The notes under the pieces are model-generated. The model was given only the letters and a program-made list of their open reading frames with translations, searched no databases and was not told where the DNA came from. From Parcubacteria bacterium C7867-004 (GTDB lineage Bacteria > Patescibacteriota > Minisyncoccia > Phycocordibacterales > Phycocordibacteraceae), in the NCBI GenBank assembly GCA_001189075.1, contig LFCN01000006.1, positions 460,866 through 524,865 on the forward strand: a stretch of 64,000 nt of DNA. The letters run 5' to 3'. This document shows, piece after piece, positions 58,314 through 64,000 of this stretch. Each line of letters starts with the position of its first letter. Within the stretch, counting starts at the first letter, position 1. A program made the translations under genes and the position numbers.

Positions 58314-59795
58314 TTGGGAGATGCAACCACACCATCGGTCGCGTTCTCGAACGCCTCCGAAGCTCTTTCACAACTGGGAATTCCCGATATCCTGCCGACT
58401 CTTCACCAAGCAGGCGTCGCGATCAAGCGATCTATCCTGGGCGGAAGCCATTCGGTAGTAACCTACCCACCGCTCAACGCGCTCTCAAAGGTAGAGGATT
58501 CAAGCGCGCTTTCATCCATCATTCGATATGGCGCGCAAACGAGCCTGTACATTCATATCGCATTCTGCGAGACCGAGTGTACGTTCTGCCACTACGCAGT
58601 TCGCAAATACCGCGGGCAGGAGAAAAGCTCGCAGAAAAAGACGGATGACGTTGTTCGCTACCTGTCGGCGCTTGAGAAGGAGATCGAATCTTGGGGCCGA
58701 AAGCTCCACGAATCCGGAACTACTATTTCATCCGTCTACATCGGCGGCGGCACGCCACTCATCCTTGAGACCGAGCAGCTGCGTTCGCTCTTAGCGAAAA
58801 TCTGCGAAGAGTTCACGCTTGTCTCCGGAATCGAGATCTGCGTGGAAGGAAGTCCTCTTACCATCCTCGCGCCCGGCGGCCATGAAAAGCTGCAGGCACT
58901 AAAGCTGGCAGGAGTGACTCGCTTCAGCTTTGGGGTCCAGTCTTTCAACAACGAGGTCCTAAAGAGAGCTGCGCGCGGCTATAAGCGCGCTCAGGCGTAC
59001 CAAGCCTGCATGATCGTGAACTCGGTCTTCGAGAACTGGAACCTTGATCTCATTCAGTCCCTCTACATGGGGACGCCGGAGGAGGTCTGGGAGAATCTCG
59101 AAATACTGCGTCTCGTGCGCCCTCCGCACATAACGTGGTATCACGGACGCTTTGCCGCTCGCCCCCAAGGCGATTGGCTCAGCGTGGAAGGGAAGCGCGA
59201 GCACTTTGAAGGGGAGTTAAGTACCCTGCTCGGTCGGATGCTCATCTGGCGGACGCTTGTCGATGAGATGGGCTACCACCAGGTCGACGGCAATCGGTTC
59301 GTTCGGGACCCTGAGTTCGAGGATCCGTTTAAGAAGACACGGACTTCGGTTGGGAATGATCTGCTCGGTCTCGGCGCGTCTTCGTACTCGCATGTGGACG
59401 AGCGAACGGGTCAGGACCCGTTCTTCGCCGGCTGGTTCTTCCGGAACCATACGGACATCGCTGCGTATGTTGAAGCGATGGAGTCCGGACGGATCCCGAT
59501 TGGAACCTGCATGCCGTTCACACCGGCAGAGCACCTTGCGGCGTCCTACGTCATAGGGCTTCGCACGGGACGAACGGAGACCGAGTACGACCGCAAGGTT
59601 GCGATCGAGGAACCAACCCTCGCCGCGCACTACCGAACGCTCGTAGGAGGACTTGAGGCGCTCGGCTTGCTTGAACGCTTCCAGGACGGGTCAAATGACG
59701 TGCTCCACTTAACACTCCTCGGAAGACTCTTTGAGGATGAGATCCTGAGCGCGTTCTACAGCCCCGACGTGCTACAGGCGCTTTCCCGGCGCTAA
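58314..59795 (+). CDS. HemN-like radical SAM enzyme
   Basis: YPP, LYIHIAFCETECTFC (CxxxCxxC), VYIGGGTP, R.SFGVQSF, NLDLI, GLGAS.YS; TTG start after AAGGAGG. Confidence 0.88.
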   Translation: MGDATTPSVAFSNASEALSQLGIPDILPTLHQAGVAIKRSILGGSHSVVTYPPLNALSKVEDSSALSSIIRYGAQTSLYIHIAFCETECTFCHYAVRKYRGQEKSSQKKTDDVVRYLSALEKEIESWGRKLHESGTTISSVYIGGGTPLILETEQLRSLLAKICEEFTLVSGIEICVEGSPLTILAPGGHEKLQALKLAGVTRFSFGVQSFNNEVLKRAARGYKRAQAYQACMIVNSVFENWNLDLIQSLYMGTPEEVWENLEILRLVRPPHITWYHGRFAARPQGDWLSVEGKREHFEGELSTLLGRMLIWRTLVDEMGYHQVDGNRFVRDPEFEDPFKKTRTSVGNDLLGLGASSYSHVDERTGQDPFFAGWFFRNHTDIAAYVEAMESGRIPIGTCMPFTPAEHLAASYVIGLRTGRTETEYDRKVAIEEPTLAAHYRTLVGGLEALGLLERFQDGSNDVLHLTLLGRLFEDEILSAFYSPDVLQALSRR

Positions 59796-59798
59796 CTA

Positions 59799-59831
59799 AC
59801 CACCATGAGCCTTCAAACTCGTGGTGTTTTT
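59799..59831 (+). terminator. Terminator after the radical SAM gene
   Basis: ACACCATGAG..CTCGTGGTGT followed by T tract. Confidence 0.7.
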
Positions 59832-59847
59832 CTTTATTTGAATGAAA

Positions 59848-60325
59848 TAGGGAAGTAGCACTTCCCTAGCTCCATACAGAGAAATCGGGGAAGTGGTCAT
59901 AGAACTTTTTTAGTGACACATACAGAGCAGTCTACGAGGACTGATAGCTGTCTCTATGACTGATGACGACCGACTCTGTAGTCCTGAAGAAAGGGAATTA
60001 CGCACATTCGAGCGAGGCAAGATACGGCCCACTTTCTCAGTCTCCTTGTACTTTGTTACGTAAAAGGTATATTGTGCGCACATTAAAACCGCTTCCCTGA
60101 AGGCCTTTAATGAGCTTCTTGGCCTCGTGACTTACCCCTCTACAATGCGCCCTCTATTCCCTTCACGGTCGATCAGATCAGGTTAGTCTCTCCTGTATCT
60201 GAAGCTAGGAATAAATTTGTAATACTGAAAAAGACAAAAATAGAGCACTTCCCCGAAACTCGAAAAATGGCCTCCGGGGAAGTGGTTTTCCATGAAAGAG
60301 AAAATCTGCTAGAGAGCCACTTCCC
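59848..60325. repeat. Cluster of CACTTCCC/GGGAAGTG motifs in both orientations
   Basis: Copies at ~59850, 59859, 59887, 60246, 60276, 60317 and a variant at 60089. Confidence 0.7.
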
Positions 60326-60944
60326 TGTCCTAATGCGACAGACCCTGGCAATGAATAACATCGCCAGGGCCGTAAGGGTTTGATGGGAACGTCTGTGTTG
60401 TAGGCCTGACCGAGCCATCAGACGCGGCGAATGGGCCGTTAGCACGTGGCCTAGGTCAGACGGAAAAAGAAGCGACTCATGTGCGTCTCCCTGGTTTTCA
60501 TGTCACAGCGACATGATCTATTCGAATACTGTCGCATGTATGCAAAGCCGTCAAGAAACTTTCTCTCAAGAAAAAACCGCCCTTCAGAGCGGTTGTGTGC
60601 GAAGTCGTTGCCGGAGGTTATCGTCGACATCCTCCGGTGCGAGTGCGGCGCGGACCTGGTGCGCGATGATATACACATCGGAGTCAGGTTCGTCCTCTTC
60701 CCTGTCCGGCTGTCTTTCATCAGAAGCCATGGGCTTCCCTTTCAGTTACTGGTGTCGGACCAGCGGCCATTGGTGACCGGAACGGTTTCTGTAAGAGAAA
60801 GCTGTATGGAAGCCATCTCCCCAACGGGAAGGTGCCGCAGATCCGACTAGAGAGTTATAGCACACTCTCGTTCTCGGTTCTTTTGACGATTAGTAATTGA
60901 TAGTGCATAATATTTAGGAAGTTCCCAGCACATAGGAGATCTGA

Positions 60945-61202
60945 ATGACCGCTGTTATCAGCGAAGACCTTCTCGAACGGGCAGCCGAAGCGCGTGCGCG
61001 AATGCCGCTCCGTTCTATGGTCGCCCGCATCGCGATTGCAGTATTCAACGGCGATAAAGAGATCACGCTTGTAGATGCCAAGGTGTGGGCGAATGAGAAA
61101 ATCGTGCGTGGACTGCAGCTCTACGGCACGCAGTGGACGAAGATCTTCCTGGATCAGCCCCAGGACAAGGCCGACGCCATCATTCACGCCTTGTGCGACT
61201 GA
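60945..61202 (+). CDS. Small orphan protein
   Basis: TTGACG-17-CATAAT promoter, AGGAG SD, terminator 61204-61233. Confidence 0.65.
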   Translation: MTAVISEDLLERAAEARARMPLRSMVARIAIAVFNGDKEITLVDAKVWANEKIVRGLQLYGTQWTKIFLDQPQDKADAIIHALCD

Positions 61203-61234
61203 CCCCGCCCTCCCTACGGAGCGGCGGTTTTTTC

Positions 61235-61357
61235 TTACTTTGTCGCGATGATGATCACCTGCATCAGGCTGATGAGGGTGCTCGCGAAGCCGGTCCAGAA
61301 CGCATAGACCTCGAGACCGGGCTTAGATGCGCGCGCGTGCTTCCGGTGCTTTTTCAT
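61235..61357 (-). CDS. 40-aa basic/TM micropeptide (paralog 2)
   Basis: MKKHRKHARASKPGLEVYAFWTGFASTLISLMQVIIIATK; TATCGT -10 box 6 nt before ATG. Confidence 0.7.
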   Translation of the reverse strand: MKKHRKHARASKPGLEVYAFWTGFASTLISLMQVIIIATK

Positions 61358-61375
61358 ACGTAAACGATACCACGC

Positions 61376-61531
61376 CTACTTCATTGCAATGAGTATCAGG
61401 TGTGCAAGAGAGATCATCGTGCTCATGAGTCCGGTATAGAACGCGTACATCTGGAGGCGCTTGGCGCGCTTAGTGTGCGACTTTCCGAGCGCCATCCCGA
61501 GCAGATGCTTTTGGCTGAAGTCGAGTCCCAT
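61376..61531 (-). CDS. 51-aa basic/TM micropeptide (paralog 1)
   Basis: MGLDFSQKHLLGMALGKSHTKRAKRLQMYAFYTGLMSTMISLAHLILIAMK; starts 2 nt after the LOG stop. Confidence 0.7.
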   Translation of the reverse strand: MGLDFSQKHLLGMALGKSHTKRAKRLQMYAFYTGLMSTMISLAHLILIAMK

Positions 61532-61533
61532 AG

Positions 61534-62310
61534 TTAACACTTAACGGTCTTAATGATGTAGTCATACGCCTCGTCCACCGTATCGACTACCTGGAAGAGC
61601 GCGAGGTCCGCTTCGTCTATCGTATGGAACTTTCCAAGGAGATGATTGCGGAACAGGTCGACGATTGGATCCCAATAATCCTTTCCATAAAGGACGATCG
61701 GCACTTGCTGGATCTTCTTCGTCTGGACGAGCGTGAGGATCTCGGTGAACTCATCAAGCGTGCCGTATCCTCCCGGGAAATAGACATAGATCTCCGACGC
61801 GAACGCGAGCATAACCTTGCGCACGAAGAAGTGGTCGAAGACGAAGGACTCCGTAAGGTACGTGTTCAAGGACTGATGATCGGAGAGGCGGATATTGAGC
61901 CCGACCGAGGCACCTCCCGCCTCCCCCGCTCCCTTGTTCCCTGCCTCCATGATGCCGGCGGATCCTCCGGTTATAACCGCGTAGCCCTGCTTGGCAAGAC
62001 GACCTGCGAGCGAGACTGCCGCTTCGTAATATGGGTCTCCCGGCTTCGTACGAACGCTTCCGAATAAGGTTACGGCCAATCCGTAATTGCGGAGCAGATC
62101 GAACCCTTCCACGAACTCCGACATGATCTTGAACACGCGCCAGCTCTCGAGTTTTCGGGGCTTACAGACGAGCGGTGCGGGAGCCGCAGGAACGTCATGC
62201 TTCCCTTCTTCTATAGCGCGCACGAGCACCGTACCCATCTCCCGATGATGCTCATCAACGCTTCCTGCATCTGCCGCGTTAGGCACGATGAGGTCTTCGG
62301 ACTTCGGCAT
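61534..62310 (-). CDS. LOG family nucleotide phosphoribohydrolase (TIGR00730-like)
   Basis: FGS.R, TGG..GIMEA.N.GA, FFVRK, PGGYGTLDE. Confidence 0.9.
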   Translation of the reverse strand: MPKSEDLIVPNAADAGSVDEHHREMGTVLVRAIEEGKHDVPAAPAPLVCKPRKLESWRVFKIMSEFVEGFDLLRNYGLAVTLFGSVRTKPGDPYYEAAVSLAGRLAKQGYAVITGGSAGIMEAGNKGAGEAGGASVGLNIRLSDHQSLNTYLTESFVFDHFFVRKVMLAFASEIYVYFPGGYGTLDEFTEILTLVQTKKIQQVPIVLYGKDYWDPIVDLFRNHLLGKFHTIDEADLALFQVVDTVDEAYDYIIKTVKC

Positions 62311-62312
62311 GT

Positions 62313-62924
62313 TTATGAGCGGCTGGTCTCCCATGGTATCGGATACGTATTAAAGTCGGGCAATAATTGCTTAGTATACGCTATGCGCGCGATGACCTCG
62401 GCATGGCATAGCGCTCCGGTGAGCGCATTATGCGGTTTCGGTTCGCTTGGAACACCGACGTACTTGAGCGCGAAGTCGAGATTGATCGCGGAGTGACCGT
62501 TCTTCGTCGGTGGCACTTCCCCCCGTCGGATCATGTGTGCCCAGACGAGCGTATGAACGTCGAGCGTTCGCTTAGCGAACGGGCATTCGATACCCGCACG
62601 CTTACAGGCCGCCTGTACGCACTCGAGATCGAACGAGGGGTTCTGGGCCGCGAGCGTATGTTCCTTCGGTCTATCGAGCGCCCATGCGACGAATTTCTGA
62701 ATGAGCTCAGCTTCCGTCTGGCGAGCACTGCTCCCTTCCCCTTCGATCTCCTCGCGCGTAAAGCCGTTTATCGCGAGCGCCTCGTCCTCGATCTCCGCAC
62801 CGTCCCAGATCCGACACTCCTCATAGAATTGATTGGTCGGATCGTCGAGATCGAGCGCGCCGAGCGAGAGTATGGAATGCCTCTCGGGTAGGAGTCCGCT
62901 TGATTCAACGTCGAGGACGATCAT
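62313..62924 (-). CDS. DEDDh 3'-5' exonuclease
   Basis: DVESSG, N.SFD, HNAL. Confidence 0.85.
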   Translation of the reverse strand: MIVLDVESSGLLPERHSILSLGALDLDDPTNQFYEECRIWDGAEIEDEALAINGFTREEIEGEGSSARQTEAELIQKFVAWALDRPKEHTLAAQNPSFDLECVQAACKRAGIECPFAKRTLDVHTLVWAHMIRRGEVPPTKNGHSAINLDFALKYVGVPSEPKPHNALTGALCHAEVIARIAYTKQLLPDFNTYPIPWETSRS

Positions 62925-62933
62925 GCCTCTATT

Positions 62934-63356
62934 CTACAGTCCTTTGCAGGTAGCGGAGGGTTCATACCCGGCGGCCGCCGCTTCCTCTTTAGTCGCGAAC
63001 CAGACCTTGTTCTCTTCCTTTATGCGCTTAACGGACCCACAGGACGGGAGATAGTACTTAGTGCCGTTCTTAGAGGCTACATATACCTTAGGGCCCTCAG
63101 GGACAGCGGGAGCAGGTTTTGTGGGTACCGTAGCCATAATAGCTGCCGCAGGACCTCCTCCGCTCTTCACGGACTGCGGAAGCTGTTCTATCCAGAGATC
63201 ACTCCCTGCGCCTTGCTTAGCCGTATCCTTCCCCGTTATGAAGCCGAGCCCGAAGGCGGCAGAGCTCGAAAGTGCCAAGACCCCTATAATCACTACATCC
63301 GCTGGAATACGGCCAAGAAGCGCCTTGCTCCTGCCTACGGGGTCTGGTATAGTCAT
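62934..63356 (-). CDS. Membrane-anchored protein with Ada metal-binding-like domain
   Basis: TM helix then YVASK.G.KYY.P.C....I...N...F....EA...GY.P...C. Confidence 0.75.
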   Translation of the reverse strand: MTIPDPVGRSKALLGRIPADVVIIGVLALSSSAAFGLGFITGKDTAKQGAGSDLWIEQLPQSVKSGGGPAAAIMATVPTKPAPAVPEGPKVYVASKNGTKYYLPSCGSVKRIKEENKVWFATKEEAAAAGYEPSATCKGL

Positions 63357-63383
63357 ACTACATTCAAGGATAGCATCTGATTC

Positions 63384-63665
63384 ATGGCACATACAAAAGC
63401 GGGAGGATCGACAAAGAACGGACGCGACTCAGGACCGAAGTTTCTCGGGGTTAAGCTTGGCGATGGCCAGGCAGCCCGCTCAGGCATGGTTATCGTGCGC
63501 CAGCGCGGCACCAAGATCGAGGCCGGGAAGAACGTGCGCGTGGGCCGCGATCACACGCTCTACGCTGTCGCTGAGGGCAAAGTAGCCTTCCGCAATCGCC
63601 GCAAGACCAACTTCGACGGCCGCACGGTCATCAAGAAGGTCGTCGATGTGCTCGTAGCTGCGTAA
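63384..63665 (+). CDS. rpmA: 50S ribosomal protein L27
   Basis: [26 protein letters not shown]. Confidence 0.96.
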   Translation: MAHTKAGGSTKNGRDSGPKFLGVKLGDGQAARSGMVIVRQRGTKIEAGKNVRVGRDHTLYAVAEGKVAFRNRRKTNFDGRTVIKKVVDVLVAA

Positions 63666-63676
63666 GCCATTCTCCT

Positions 63677-63716
63677 AAAGAAAGAGCCGGGACCCTTGGT
63701 CCCGGCTCTTTCTTTT
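63677..63716. terminator. Bidirectional terminator
   Basis: AAAGAAAGAGCCGGGACC/GGTCCCGGCTCTTTCTTT. Confidence 0.85.
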
Positions 63717-63730
63717 TGTTGTACCGACTC

Positions 63731-64000
63731 TTATTCCGCTGCAATGACGATCGTGAGCTTTCCGAAGCTCTCACCGATAGCAACCGGTATCTCGAACTCG
63801 CCGAGCTCCTTGATGGGCTTCTCGAGACTGATAGCCTCTACCGGAAGATTCGCTGCCTTTGCGATCTCGCGCGCGTCTACGGCGTCGTAGAGGTGTCCCT
63901 TGTCGTTCGCTTTCTTGGTGATGACGGTCTTCTCCTCAGCGAGTGCTGCAAGGCGCTCCTCAATCAGCTTCACATCGAGCTCCTTGCGATCGATGGTCTG
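63731..64000 (-). CDS. rplI: 50S ribosomal protein L9, C-terminal part (5' end outside window)
   Basis: KAN..G.LY..V...EI, PIKELGE. Confidence 0.85.
   Translation of the reverse strand, partial: QTIDRKELDVKLIEERLAALAEEKTVITKKANDKGHLYDAVDAREIAKAANLPVEAISLEKPIKELGEFEIPVAIGESFGKLTIVIAAE

Noticed and set aside
59960-59993. Hammerhead ribozyme (CTGATGA...GAAA)
   Set aside because: Stem II closing pair and stems I/III do not fit the consensus.
60385-60440. Firm HDV-like ribozyme call
   Set aside because: L3 and P1 do not match the consensus; kept only as part of a generic structured-RNA candidate.
60451-60850. ORFs 60479-60850(+), 60513-60776(+) and 60451-60720(-)
   Set aside because: Mutually overlapping, with no motifs or clear start signals; cannot choose one.

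Overview
Gene-dense, code-11 bacterial chromosome segment. Gene content and order point to Patescibacteria/CPR (Parcubacteria-like); this is inferred, no search was run. The core is housekeeping: aminoacyl-tRNA synthetases (leuS partial, alaS, tyrS, trpS, aspS, gltX), the infA-rpmJ-rpsMKD-rpoA-rplQ-rplM-rpsI operon, grpE/dnaK/dnaJ, scpA/scpB, uppP/mraY/ftsW/murG, lexA, rpmA and partial rplI, plus one tRNA-Tyr(GTA). Most core genes have a TATACT-like -10 box 6-9 nt before the ATG and no Shine-Dalgarno, so they look near-leaderless. Orphan genes inserted between them mostly carry their own promoter and SD, often with a terminator. The main leads are: (1) an AT-rich HTH + LAGLIDADG-like ORF that ends inside the tRNA-Tyr anticodon loop, while the tRNA's CCA supplies the A of the next gene's ATG; (2) a cluster of exporters, a Cys-rich protein, an unknown enzyme and a 7TM histidine kinase that could be a signalling module; (3) a HemN-like radical SAM island followed by about 1 kb of non-coding DNA with repeated CACTTCCC motifs; (4) two unannotated paralogous membrane micropeptides; (5) a GC-rich serralysin/RTX protease with an altered Met-turn; (6) a tRNA 3'-end scar next to a NUDIX fragment. 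No CRISPR array, rRNA or transposase was seen.
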